The position numbers were made by a program, and so were the translations under genes. Below are positions 1-13,018 of a stretch of DNA of 64,000 nt, piece by piece. The stretch is from the NCBI RefSeq assembly GCF_006345805.1, contig NC_042998.1:6076001-6140000 (forward strand), written 5' to 3'. The stretch is from Octopus sinensis. Lineage: Eukaryota. The notes beneath the pieces are model-generated. The model saw only the letters and a list, made by a program, of their open reading frames with translations, searched no databases and had not been told where the DNA came from. Numbering within the stretch: position 1 is the stretch's first letter; every line of letters starts with the position of its first letter.

Positions 1-73
1 CAATTTGAAATACTTTCCAAACACCTGCTAAATAATAACAAAGTTACTTTAATAAATTCTTTGTTATTTTCAG

Positions 74-136
74 GTGGGCCTGTAGAAGGCATGGGTGTGG
101 CCTTTCCCTCTAGACTTATCAAGTTAAAAAAAGAAG
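74..136 (+). CDS. Candidate internal coding exon (phase 1-1), (G)GPVEGMGVAFPSRLIKLKKE, unidentified host gene
   Basis: ttgttattttcag acceptor, 63-nt open frame, AAG|gtaatg donor; non-repetitive, protein-like composition. Confidence 0.6.
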
Positions 137-325
137 GTAATGGATGTGTGTATGTGTGTGTGTTTGTATGTGTGTGTTTGAGTAGTTATTTTGAAATAGA
201 TGTTGTTCACTTTGGTATGATTATTTGAAGACAGCGGAAGCTTCTTAAAATAACTAGTTTTCTGCAATTTTCAAGCCAAAGAATTGGTTTGATGGGATAT
301 TTATTTCTGTGGTCCACTTCCATCT

Positions 326-362
326 AATAATAATAATAATGATAACAATAATAATAATAATG

Positions 363-405
<43 letters not shown>

Positions 406-436
406 TGATGATGATGATGATGATGATGATAATAAT
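326..436. repeat. (AAT)n/(GAT)n microsatellite
   Basis: Direct reading of the tandem trinucleotide. Confidence 0.95.
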
Positions 437-1037
437 GTCACAGGCACATCTATTATGTCAATAATTTCCTACTTGATATTTTTCTATTTGTAAATGTTTA
501 TATTTGGACATCTTAATTCATTCATTTTAAAAAGTCTCTGACAGCAGAACATGACACATGAATTACATACTTTACCGTTTTTAATTTGTTTTTTTTTTGG
601 TTTTGCTACATTTTTTTTGTTCTTTCTCCCCACTCAACAGTTTCAAATAACTATGTCCAGTTTAATCCGGTTGGTCAAGTTATTTCCCTAATGGTATGTA
701 GCACAATATCTCATAAACAATGTAACTTAGTCATTCTTTGTAACTGTCTCAATGTTAGAATAACCAATACATCTCACATTCTAACATATTGTCATCATCA
801 TCATTATCATTGATGTTGTCAATATACTGATGAATTTGCAATGTGACATACTTCCTATAGATGTTCTTTTTTGTTTGTCATGCATCAGTTCATCTGAGAA
901 GAATCATGTTACAATAAAGTTAGTTTGAAGTACTTTAGAGCAGAGGTTCTTAACCATTTTTTTATCTATGGAACTCTTTGATTACCATTCCATTCTGGTG
1001 GACCCCTGTAACCAGTCAATGTTTAAAAACTAGTTCT

Positions 1038-1490
1038 AGGCGCAGGAGTGGCTGTGTGGCAAGTAGCCATAGGTGCAGGAGTGGCTGTGTGGTAAGTAGC
1101 TTGCTAACCAGCCACATGGTTCCAGGTTCAGTCCCACTGCATGGCATCTTGGGCAAGTGTCTTCTGCTATAGCCCCGGGCCGACCAATGCCTTCTCAGTG
1201 GATTTGGTAGACGGAAACTGAAAGAAGCCTGTCGTATATATGTATATATATATATATATATAAGTGAGTGTGTATATGTTTGTGTGTCTGTGTTTGTCCC
1301 CCTAGCATTGCTTGACAACCAATGCTGGTGTGTTTATGTCCCCGTTATTAGCAGTTCGGCAAAAGAGACTGATAGAATAAGTACTGGGTTTACGAAGAAT
1401 AAGTCCCGGGGTTGATTTGCTCGACTAAAGGCGGTGCTCCAGCATGGCCACAGTCAAATGACTGAAACAAGTAAAAGAGTAAAAGAGAGT
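1038..1490 (+). mobile_element. SINE family A (tRNA-derived head, central (TA)n(TG)n microsatellite, (GTAAAAGA)n tail), with a duplicated first ~35 bp
   Basis: A box gtggctgtgtggtaag, B box ggttcagtccc; more than 25 full or partial copies in the window. Confidence 0.9.
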
Positions 1491-2009
1491 ACTGTAATGT
1501 AAAAACTATTTTGCATGTATCTTACAATGAAGTCTCATACATACGTCCCCCCCAACACACCTCACACACACACAGGAACTATATTATCGATATTAATCCA
1601 TTAACAATGTATATATGTATTATTTAACTTAATCCATTAAGAATCATTTCTTATTATGAAATCAGCAGGCTGCTATTACAGAACCTGTCAACACAATGTT
1701 ATAAATATCTTTTATTCATTTAAATTGTCATTCAATTTACTAACGTATTTTAAATTAATGATTTTACTTATTAATTCAATAACAATAATTTATATGCAAA
1801 TCTATTTCCTATATTAAGAATATATAATTGCTGAAGAGTATTGAAGATGTTTTTATTTTTTATTGATAGATATAAATTTACACTATTTAAAACCAAACCT
1901 CAATGAAAGATAATTTAGACATATGATTTAATTTTAGAAATGTGTAGTTCTGAGTAGAGAAATGGCAGGAAATTTAACATTTAAATTTGAGATCAACTTC
2001 ACTTTTCAG

Positions 2010-2029
2010 GCAAGATGAAACGTTCCAAG
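2010..2029 (+). CDS. Candidate 20-nt coding exon (phase 1-0), (G)KMKRSK, in frame with exon 74-136
   Basis: cttcacttttcag acceptor, AAG|gtagat donor, phase compatible with the upstream exon. Confidence 0.45.
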
Positions 2030-2193
2030 GTAGATAAAAATCAGCATCGTTACACACTGGGACTGATTAAAATGACTGTTTTGTTTTTCTCCTCCACAAT
2101 TTATGCTATGGGGATGTAAACACACCAACACCAACATCAGTTATCAAGCAATGGTGGTGGAACAAACACTGGCACATAAATATATACATACAC

Positions 2194-2228
<35 letters not shown>

Positions 2229-2230
<2 letters not shown>

Positions 2231-2540
2231 GAGGTGCAATGGCTCAATGGTTAGGGCAGCGGACTCGTAGTCATAGGATTGCGGCTTCGATTCACAGACT
2301 GGGCATTGTGTGTGTTTATTGAGCGAAAACACCTAAAGCTCCATGATGCTCCAGCAGGGGGTGGTGGCGATCCCTGCTGTACTCTTTCGCCACAACTTTC
2401 TCTCACTCTTTCTTCTATTGGCCTGCTCGCTTAGCCAGCAGGATGGTGTCATTTGAAGGCTAAAACAATGCGAAGCGCATTGTGACCAGCGATGTGTAGC
2501 AACATCTGATAGCCTGGTTGGTCACAGTGATCACGGTGAT
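2229..2540 (+). mobile_element. SINE family G (tRNA-like head) with (CACGGTGAT)n-type tail
   Basis: ggaggtgcaatggctcaatggttagggcagcggactcg head with A/B boxes; same head at 23620-23960 and 38445-38514. Confidence 0.85.
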
Positions 2541-2995
2541 ATATATATATATGATGGGCTTCTTTCAGTTTCTATCTAGCAAGGCTACAGGAGAAGACAC
2601 TTGCCCAAAGAGCCACACAGTGGGGCTGAACCCAGAATCATGTTTGAAAAGCAAGTTCCTTACCACACAGCCACACCCACACCTACCGTTTGCAAACAGA
2701 TGAGGACTGGCAACAAGGAGGACATCTAGATGTAGAAAACCTGTTTCAACAAATTACATCTGATCCATGAGACCATGAAAAAAGCGGGCAATAAACGATG
2801 ATGATGATGATGGTGGTGGTGGTGGTGGTGGTGATGATGGTAGTGATGGTATACCTTCACTCCTATGCTGACATGGGGAAAGCAAATGGGAAATTGAAAC
2901 ACTGTCTGATTTCCAAGAAAATTTCAAGGGCTGAATCAAAATTGCCTAACTTGTTTACTATCCTATAAAATGTGAAATAGATAAACATATAAATC

Positions 2996-2997
<2 letters not shown>

Positions 2998-3034
<37 letters not shown>

Positions 3035-3058
3035 CGAAACAACAACAATAATAATAAC
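2998..3058. repeat. (AAT)n microsatellite
   Basis: Direct reading. Confidence 0.95.
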
Positions 3059-3398
3059 AATGCATCTTAATATTTTCTATATCAGGCACAGAAGAAAAAA
3101 ATGCAACTTTAAAAATGAGACAAATAATAATAATAACAATAATTTGGAAGAAACTGAAAAAATAACTTTGGTTCTTTCAAACAAAGTAATTTTATGCCAG
3201 ATGGTTATACAACACTATAGGGAATGCACTGAAGTTAGTAAAGTAAAAGTAAATTCAGCCAAAAGCAGTAATAGACTTAAAGAAGAGAAGAGGAGGAAGA
3301 AGAAAAAATCAATAACCTTTGAAATCTTTGAAATGAAATAGGAAAACAGTAGCACAAAGACGAACATTAATTGAGTAGGAGAATATTTAAATAAATAA

Positions 3399-3432
<34 letters not shown>

Positions 3433-3540
3433 GAAGTATATAAAGGCAGGAAAACAAATGGCAAAAGTCCTGGGAAGAAATACAGAAGTTCTGGAAAAAA
3501 AAAAAGAGGAATACAACATAAGTGGCTAACAGAAGAGAGA

Positions 3541-3596
3541 GGGGGGGGTGGTGGTGGTGGTGGTGGTGGCGGTGGCGGTGGCGGTGGTGGCGGTGC
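3541..3596. repeat. (GGT)n/(GGC)n G-rich microsatellite
   Basis: Direct reading; explains the poly-Pro and poly-His ORF artefacts. Confidence 0.95.
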
Positions 3597-3824
3597 AAAC
3601 AATGAGATAATTTTTGAGGAACCGGTAAGGAACTAAGACATATTTAAATCTCTTTTATATTTTTCTGAATTGAATGGAATGTACAGAGTAAAACAATGAA
3701 TTAATAGAGACAGGTGAGAGTGCGTTTTGGGCGAAGGTACAAATGAACATGAATAGTAATGGTTGAATGGGTATGAAAGCTGTGCTTTTGGTGGGTTAGC
3801 TGGGTATTCATGAAGCTCAGACCA

Positions 3825-4240
3825 ATTTCTTTACTACCCACAAGGGGCTAAACACAGAGGAGACAAACAAGGACAGACAAACGGATTAAGTCGATTACAT
3901 CGACCCCAGTGCGTAACTGGTACTTAATTTATCAACCCCGAAATGATGAAAGGCAAAGTCAATCTTGGCGGAATTTGAACTCAGAACGTAAAGACAGATG
4001 GAATACCTATTTCTTTACTACCCACAAGGGGCTAAACACAGAGGGGACAAACAAGGACAGACAAACGGATTAATTCGATTACATCGACCCCAGTGCGTAA
4101 CTGGTACTTAATTTATCAACCCCGAAATGATGAAAGGCAAAGTCAATCTCGGCGGAATTTGAACTCAGAACGTACCAGCAGACGAAATACCGGTAAGCAT
4201 TTCGCCCGGCGTGCTAACGATTCTGCCAGCTCGCTGCCTT
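3825..4240 (-). mobile_element. SINE family C, head-to-tail dimer flanked by a target-site duplication
   Basis: Head aaggcagcgagctggcagaatcgttagc...gagttcaaattcc on - strand; body repeated twice; TSD catgaagctca(g/t)acc at 3809 and 4241. Confidence 0.9.
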
Positions 4241-4773
4241 CATGAAGCTCATACCTTTCTGCTTTTCTTTAAACAAGGGCGAATAACTCCAGCAAATAAT
4301 GTCTTATAGGCAGGTGTGCATGGCAATGTGGTTAAGAGATATTTTCTGCATTTATGTGAGTCTGGGTTTGATCCCCGGCTGTTGATTAATGGCATGGCAC
4401 TTTGGATGAATGTCTCTGACTATACCATTCAAGTTGATGAAAGCTTGCAAATGAAATTCGCTGGACAGAAACAGGTAAGTAATCAGAGTGTCCCAGAGAG
4501 AGCCCTATGTATGCACAGAGTTACAATACTTTGTGGGTACGGCAAAGTTCAATGTTTCACAAGAATATAACTTATCAATACATACATATGTAGGCATACA
4601 TGTAACCAAGACAAATAACTTCTTAAACAAATTTCATTCTGAGAACCACTTTACGTCTCGTTTCCTTATCGATAATAACATCTCATATGGCTCTTAAGGC
4701 CAGCAAGGGACTAGGAAATTATTCCACATTATTTATAAGTTAGTTTTCCTGCAGCAGCCTGACCGTATACATA

Positions 4774-5185
4774 CATCATCATCATCATCGTTTAACGACC
4801 GTTTTCCGCGCTAGCACGGGTTGGACGGTTCGACCAGGGTCTGGGAAGCCAGAAGGCTGCACCAGGCTTCAGTCTGATTTGGCAGAGTTTCTACAGCCTG
4901 ATGCCCTTCCTAACGCCAACCACTCTGCGAGTGTAGTGGGTGTTTTTACGTGCCACCTGCACAGGTGCCAGGGGGGTCTGGCATCGGCCACGATCGGTTG
5001 GAGCTTTTAACGTGCCACCGGCACGGCAGCCAGCCAAGGGGGCGCTGGCAACGGCCATGTTCGGATGGTGCTTTTTTATGTGCCACCGGCACTGGAGCCA
5101 GTCGAGGCAGCGCTGGCATCGGCCACGTTCAGACGGTGCTTTTTATGTGCCACCGGCACAGAAGCCAGTCGGGGCAGCGCTGGCA
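4774..5185 (-). mobile_element. Family B: 5'-truncated RTE LINE 3' end with tandem hairpin units and (GAT)n tail
   Basis: Same sequence as the 3' UTR attached to the RTE ORF at 33810-34662. Confidence 0.85.
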
Positions 5186-6763
5186 TATATAACATGTACT
5201 GATGAAATAGGATGAAATAGTTTGTAAAAACCATTCATTGTCTTTGACCTTCACTTTTTCCCATGTTGCTCTTCTCAAACTGCTTTCCACAACACACAAG
5301 ACTTATTTCTCTCTTTCTTTTCCTTTTACTTTACTCCCACTCCATCCTCAATTACTTCTTAGCAATTTTGGTTTTGGTCTCTGAAATTTCTTTCTTTCAA
5401 TTAAGGAGAAGTGTTTGAAACATGGAGGTTTTCACTCCCTATGGCAAATTAACTCGCTTCAAGTTTTTTGTCTGCCCATTTTTTGTCTTTAGTAAGTAGT
5501 CACTTTATCACCATGTTATGAAGGTCATTGGATCAAAAAGCCTTGAGCAATTTGAGAAACTAACAGAAATATACATGTTGTGTTTCCTTAAATGTAGAGC
5601 TTCATTACTGTCATACAAAACATAACCTTAATTGTTTTCCAGCAAAAACAAGATAGAAATCTCTCATTCAGAAGGTCAGACTATAAATGTTTATTCAAAA
5701 ATTAAGAATTTGACTTATATTTAAAGAATATATAAATCTAATATCTTAAGCAAAAAAAGTAACAAAAAATTTTTCTCAAACATACAAACAAATATGATAA
5801 TATATCACATAACTTTTATTGGTCTCTGTAAAAGACAAGTCGAAATGTCACTGGTATGTCGGCTTAATATCTTTCAAATCAAGGCTTATCCAATAGACAG
5901 TGTATTGAGTTTGCAAGTGTAATCAATAATTATGATCAATAGAAAACTTGTAAATGGTTCTAACAACAATTCTTCACCTCCATAATATTGGTGTTGCTAT
6001 TTTTGTTGTTCTTTTTTTTGTTGTCGTTCTTTTTTTTTTCTGCCTCACATGTAAATCATACACTAAGTATAGTTACCAATTTTAACCTATCCTATCAGGC
6101 TTTTCTGTATTTTTAGTTCATACTAAGTTATCTTGTTATGCTGTAGAATTCAAAGACTAACAACAGAGATTCCGATACAACTAAATATACCAAACATTTT
6201 CTTCAGTAATTGGTTTGTTAAGCAACTTGAGGCATCGGTAATTCACACAAAAGAACAAAAGAAAAAGAAAAAGAAAAAAAAAGAAGAAAAGTTTGAGATA
6301 TAAATGGAAACACAGAATCTACAAATATTAGCATCCAAATATAAGAGCAACACAGCTGAATGGCAGATAAATGTTAGATAGGCCACGGATTTCAATTTGG
6401 CAACACACACACACAGACGCATACACACATACACACACACACACACAAACACATACACACACACACACACAATGCGTTAGATCCTTTAGCAATGTTCATT
6501 ACTTTCTTTCGTTATCTTAGAAGAATAACAAATGCTACACCCACTTAATAGTTGCATAATTAGTAAGAAAACCTGATTAACAAACAAACGATAGCAGCTG
6601 CAAAGATTAATGCAAATATCCAAATCAGAGAGAAAGAGGAATCCTATACAGAACTGTTTAATACATACATCCACCCACATACAGGCAAACACACATACAC
6701 ACACACACACACACCACTGAGGAATCAAAAGTTGATGAAAAGTTATTAATTTTTGTGCATGTA

Positions 6764-8063
6764 TGTGGTTTGATCAATAAGTATCTGAACTGTAGCCATA
6801 GTAACGAAGCTACAGAGTGAAACCGGTTGGCACAGATTGACCTTATACAGTGCTCTGCATGCACACAAAGTTTTAACACTGTAGCTCACTTCTGCTGTTC
6901 AAAGTAGTGCACAGAAGGAACATGTGTAGCGTGTGCTCATTGCAGTGACCATGACAGAGAAAGTTGAGCAGAGAAGCTGAATGAAATTATGCCGAAAGCT
7001 TGGCGATATAACTGCTCAAAGGCCTATGCAAAGTTGCAGAAAATGAATGGAGACGAATTTATGAGCTGCACGCAAGTGTATGAGTGGCTTAGATGTTTCC
7101 AGGATGGCTGGAAAATGTCAAGAGTAACAAACGTTCTGGGAGACCCGCAACCAGCAGAACTGAGTAAAACATCGCAGATGTGCATGCAGCTGTGAGGGGA
7201 AATCATCGAATCATCCGAGGATATGCAGATTACTTATGGTTCAGTTCAGTCGATTATCACCGAAGATTTGGGTATGAGACATGTGTTTGCCAAGTTTGTC
7301 CCAAAACTGCTTTCAGCCGACCAAAATCACACTTGGGTTTCAGATGCACAAGATCTCTTTGATTGTGTCGAGAACGATGAAGACTTTTTGAAAACGGTCA
7401 TAACAGGTGATGACTCATAGGTCTGTGGCTATGACCCTGAAACACAGGCTCACTCTTCGCAGTGGAAGGCACTAAACTCTATGAGACCGAAGAAAGCATG
7501 AATTAGTCGAAGCAATGTGAAGACACTGTTGACCGTTTTTTCTTCGACTACAAAAAGATTAGTCATCATGAATATGTTCCACCGGGTCAGACAGTGAACA
7601 AGGAGTACTACCATGACGTTTTGCAGCATTTGTGGGACACTATTCATAGGAAAAGGCCACAATTGCATGCATTCGGTGAGTGACAATTGCATCATGACAA
7701 TGCACCGACCCCTTCAGTGCAGCTTGTGCAGCAGTTTTTGGCTAGGCACAGCATTCCCCAGGTCTGAGAACCACCATATTCCCCACATCTCAACCCTTGC
7801 AACATTTTCCTCTTTCCAAAAATCAAATACCGCCTGAAAGGAACAAGATTTCAGGACATCAAGGAAATCAAAGTGGATGTGACGAGGCAGTTGCTGATAA
7901 TCCTGGAAAACAAGTTGCAGTAATGCTTCTACCAATGGAAAGAGTGCTGGATTAAGCATGTGGCTTCCAAAGGGGACTACTTTCAAGGGGATTAAATGTC
8001 AAATTTGTACATGTTGTAGTTATTTTCGTAGTACCAGTCTGGATATTTAGTGATCAGACCTCG
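6764..8063 (+). mobile_element. Full-length (~1.3 kb) decayed mariner (Tc1/mariner) DNA transposon
   Basis: TA-flanked TIRs ta|tgtggtttgatcaataagtatctgaactg and cagtctggatatttagtgatcagacctcg|ta; internal transposase remnant. Confidence 0.92.
6951..7995 (+). pseudogene. Mariner DDD transposase pseudogene (stops and frameshifts)
   Basis: MTEKVEQR start; FVPKLL, VITGDDS, LHHDNAP, PPYSPHL(N)PC and GDYFQGD* motifs across frames. Confidence 0.92.
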
Positions 8064-8307
8064 TATATATATATATACAAAATTTAGAGGACTGACCACT
8101 AAAAGTGGACAGCCTATACGCTAGATATAGACGTCAAAATCGCCATTTTCCACGGAGAATTTGTTCTCAAGAAAAAACTCAGCAAAAAGACAAAGTGTAA
8201 AATATAAGGCAAATGAAAATATATGAAATAAAAAAACGATTACCTGTGTACTAATTAGTTTCACTTGTTAATATTTACGTATATGGACGCGCAAACATCT
8301 GCAAGAT

Positions 8308-8347
<40 letters not shown>

Positions 8348-8418
8348 ATATCATATATATATGTGTGGTGCGTGCGTGTGGTGTGTATGTGTGTGTGTAG
8401 GTACAAATATATATATAT

Positions 8419-8580
8419 AGGTGCAGGAGTGGCAGTGTGGTAAGTAGCTTGCTTACCAACCACATGGTTCTAGGTTCAGTCCCACTCCATGTCACCTTGG
8501 GCAAGTGTCTTCTACTATAGCCTCAGCCGACCAAAGCCTTGTGAGTGGATTTGGTAGACAGAAACTGAAAGAAGCCTGCC
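8419..8580 (+). mobile_element. SINE family A, 5' half
   Basis: tRNA head through gaagcctg, ending in (TA)n. Confidence 0.85.
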
Positions 8581-8601
8581 ATATATATGTATATATATAT
8601 A

Positions 8602-8640
<39 letters not shown>

Positions 8641-10475
8641 TTGTGGCATGAGGTATCTCAATGCATAGGGATGATTCCTATGAGTAGATGTGAAGCATGG
8701 CATCCCTTAGTTAAGAGTAAGCAACATTAAAGTCAAGTAGATTATTAGTGCATAGAACTGACAGTATGTTGATGGTACATAAACAAGCCTTAGGACATGG
8801 CAGAGTTGTGCAAGAGTAACGACATCATTTTTGCCAAACTTCTGAAGAGAGTGGTATCTGTAGTGAGTAGCATAGGAGGAGGAGGAGGGGGATAGGTCGC
8901 AAAAAGGATACGGCTCCATAGAAGCCATCCTGATATTCACTGAAGAGGCAGAGAGAGAGAGGGGGGTGGTTCTGGTTGAGGGATGAATATGGTTATTAAT
9001 GATTTGGTACCATTACTTTTGGGATGCTGGAAGTGAGAGTGATGGGTTAGTGACTAGCAGAGATGAAGAGCGGATGGCGCAGGCTGGGGTAAAGCAATGG
9101 TACAGACAGAGGTGATGAATTGTAACTAAAGCTGATGCTGAAGACCGTTCAGACAGAATAAGGCAACAATAAAAAGGAATTAATGCGATAAAAATAGCTT
9201 GACATGTGAATGATGTGAAAATTAGAAAGAGAAATAATTATCAAACTCCAAGACAGGATCAACACGTGTTTCATCTCGTGAAAGTGATTGAATAAAGGCA
9301 CCGTGTCACTTCCAAATTGATGTATAATGCACAGCTGACTGAACAATGTTTGCTGATTAGCATTTTTGTAAACATTTAACATGAATGTCAATAGTTTATC
9401 AAATGTTAATTGTCAGACTCATTGATATTACATAAAACTAATATATCAAATTCAACTTTAAATCATACACCACCATTTCTCTACAAACATGGACATGCAC
9501 ACAGGTACATACACACACACAAACACACACATAAACACACTGATATCATAGTGTTGAAGTTACTAATGAAAGCAAAACTTAATTCATTGACATCAAATAC
9601 TGATAAGTTGTCAAGCTTTACATATTTCTTTCGGTGTTGATATGAAAGACACTTACATCAAGTTGATAGTGAAAAATACAGAAAAAAACCCCAAAAAACA
9701 AAAGACAGCTTTATTCATTAAATTATAATTAAATAACTATTACACCATGATGACAGTTGTACAGAATATGAGCAAATGGAGTTTTCAAATGTCACTCAAC
9801 TGTTTTATAAATAGCAGCCAAATCTCACTCAATCCACTTGTAATCATTTCATAAAAAGATATTATAGGAATGCACACTGAATAATTTTGCCTCATGGATA
9901 CTATGAATGGATGAATGGAAGTTGAGGTGATAATGGTTAGAACACATGCAATTATATTTCTGGAGATGTACCTGCATAGCAAGTGATTTGATCTGAAATC
10001 GTGTGCTGAAACCAAAACAATTGCAGCGTGGAAGGTGTTTGTAAGCCATTTTTGTTATACCATCTTCCTTGGTATGATGGCATATTTTTAGTAGTTCAAC
10101 ATAGTTTTCTTCAGTTTGACAGAATATTTCAATCATTTCTACCATTGTTATTGTTTGTAAACATGTTATGGGTTTTGGTTTTGTTTTGACATGAATTATA
10201 CAAATTCCGTCCATTTTTTTTTCTTCATTATATATGTACATGAAGAGGTTATGCGTTGTCACCCAATGATTATTTGTTGATCTGAGTCGTAAATTATTAC
10301 AAAAGAAGTTTTGGTTACATCTCTGGCTGTCAAGTTGTGTAATTTTAAGGTATTTGTGTTGTTTAGTTTTCACTAATTCTGTCTTGTAACTAGCTTATAA
10401 ATTCTAGTATTTTGTTTAATTTCATACGTAAAAACTTTCTAAATATATATGAATGACACAGTATACACACACACT

Positions 10476-10538
<63 letters not shown>

Positions 10539-10600
10539 TATATATACACATATATAACCATATGTGTACATATCTGAATGATACAATATATATCTATACC

Positions 10601-10836
10601 TAATTTTGTTTTTACTACCCAGAAGGGGCTAAACACAGGGGACAAACAAGGACAGACAAACGTATTAAGTCGATTATATCGATCCAAAATGCGTAACTGG
10701 TACTTATTTAATCGACCCCGAAAAGATGAAAGGCAAAGTCGACCTCGGTGGAATTTGAACTCGGAACGTAACGGCAGACGAAATACCGCTAAGCATTTCG
10801 CCCAGCGTGCTAATGATTCTGCCAGCTTGCCGCCTT
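10601..10836 (-). mobile_element. SINE family C
   Basis: Family match; 16-bp TSD caatatatatctatac. Confidence 0.9.
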
Positions 10837-11493
10837 TCAATATATATCTATACACAAATGGACATACATACACAAATGGGTTTCTATACAGTTGCTTACT
10901 CTTTACCCTTACTTGTTTCGGTCATTTGACTGTGGCCATGCTGGAGCACCGCCTTTAGTAAAAAAAAACAACCCCAGGATTTATTCTTCGTAAGCCTAAT
11001 ACTTATTGCTGTTTACTAAATTGCATTCTTAGAGCTTTGGCCAACTTAGGGCAATGATGGAAGACACTCACTCAAGGAGCTACATGCACAGATCAAGCTG
11101 CAAGACTATATTGCTGTGAAGCAGACAAAATATGTAGCCACCTTTAAGTCTGGATAGCTTTGTAACATTGCAAAATAAATAATGAAGCATACATTCTTGT
11201 GACTCGAGAGAGTTTACTGATTAACACATCAAGGAGTTAATGAATTTAATTAGCAATGTGTGTCTTAATAATATTTCTTTAGAAAAAAAATTTCTGTCTA
11301 AATATCCATTATTGTTTGTTAGAAGATTACTCTCAGGATATGAATCAATGAAGGAAATTCAAAGTGGCTGTTTGAGCTGCAAGAAATAGCAACTAAAATC
11401 TCCTTTAGCTCTTTCCGACTATGGCTCTTCTGTCTAACTTTACCCTCCACCTGGAATCTTGAGCAAACAAAAATGAATAGTTGTATACAGATG

Positions 11494-11845
11494 ATCATCA
11501 TCATTTAACATCCACTTTCCATGCTGGCATGGGTTGGAAAGTTTGACAGGAGATGGCTAGGCAGAAGACTGCACCATACTTCACTATCTGTTTTGGTATG
11601 GTTTTAATGGCTGGATGTCCTTCCTAATACCTATTTCTTTACTACCCACAAGGGGCTACACATAAAGGGGACAAACAAGGACAGACAAACGGATTAAGTC
11701 GATAATATTGACCCCAGTGCGTAACTGGTACTCGTTTAATCGACCCCGAAATGATGAAAGGCAAAGTTGACCTCGGCAGAATTTGAACTCAGAACATAAC
11801 GGCAGATGAAATACCGCTAAGTACTTTGCCTGGCATGCCCAAAGG
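11494..11845 (-). mobile_element. Family B remnant (11494-11628) abutting SINE C (11630-11845)
   Basis: Family matches. Confidence 0.8.
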
Positions 11846-12614
11846 GTGGTTGTTGTTAGAAAGGTCAAGAATAATCGACAAGGCAAACTAATCGACAGAA
11901 TCAGCTCCATCTTCTTTTCGTATTTGTGTTTTTCTGGCGTCTCATCAACATTGTTATGTCCTTCTTTGAACTGACTGTAGATGCCACTTTACAATGTGGA
12001 CTTCCAACAATATAAATATCAGTCAGAAACAACACGTAACAAACAATATCTCTTCACAGTGACTTCTACGACTGTCTTCACAAAGCGCTTGTTGCACACC
12101 ACACTGTCCTTCACTAACAGTGTGCATGCGCCTTTAAACGGTTTAGGACAGGTGACTTGCAATCCCACTGGGTTGTCAGGATTTCACCACAACAGTTTAT
12201 CATTGCCACTTTACCAAGAATCCAACAGATACGAGGTTTAAGCTATTCCTGTCATGGTAGGAATAGGGTGTGACAGGTTTAATAAGGAAAAGACACAGAG
12301 GATAATATAGTTTTGTATACCCCAACAGGAAGGGGTTGGTCATTGGAATGCCTTGCATCATAAAGCTGCTTGATAAGAAGGGACATGTGGGAGGGCTTAA
12401 ACAACAACAATTTTGTCTTGATACAACTGAAATAACCTTGCATTGTGTTGTGTTTAACCCAAGGTTAGCCACTTTCAGTAGAGCAAAGAGACCTATAATC
12501 AAAGGTGATACAGACAAAGCCATCAAATTCTTTTTCTTTCAGATAGAAACAGTATATCTAAAATGTCATTTTTTAAAATTGTATCCTTTCTTGTTTAAAA
12601 TGGTTGTGTATGAT

Positions 12615-12828
12615 TTTTACTCTTTTACTTGTTTCAGTCATTTGACTGTGGCCATGCTGGAGCACCGCCTTTAGTCGAGCAAATCGACCCCGGGATTTAT
12701 TCTTTGTAAGCCCAGTACTTATTCTATCGGTCTCTTTTGCCGAACCGCTAAGTGAAGGGGACGTAAACACACAAGCATCGATTGTCAAGCAATGCTAGGG
12801 GGACAAACACAGACACACAAACACACAC

Positions 12829-12861
<33 letters not shown>

Positions 12862-13018
12862 CACATATACGACGGGCTTCTTTCAGTTTCCATCTACCAA
12901 ATCCACTCACAAGGCTTTGGTCGGCCCAAGGCTATAGTAGAAGACACTTGCCCAAGGTGCCACGCAGTGGGACTGAACCCGGAACCATGTGGCTCATAAG
13001 CAAGCTACTTACCACACA
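12615..13018 (-). mobile_element. SINE family A
   Basis: Near-complete copy in reverse. Confidence 0.9.

Noticed and set aside
1016-1318. Recurrent ORF family (MSSNARGTNT...RHLPK.PRSGTEPGTMWLVSKLLTTQPLL)
   Set aside because: Antisense translation of SINE A; not a gene family
2229-2300. tRNA gene-like sequences (also the heads of SINE A and C)
   Set aside because: A/B boxes are present, but they continue into SINE bodies and lack a complete cloverleaf
9849-10373. 174-aa - strand ORF containing EIFCQTEENYVELL, reminiscent of a RhoGEF DH helix
   Set aside because: The motif is short, the rest of the ORF has no DH features, and there are no convincing splice sites; a Pfam RhoGEF search would settle it
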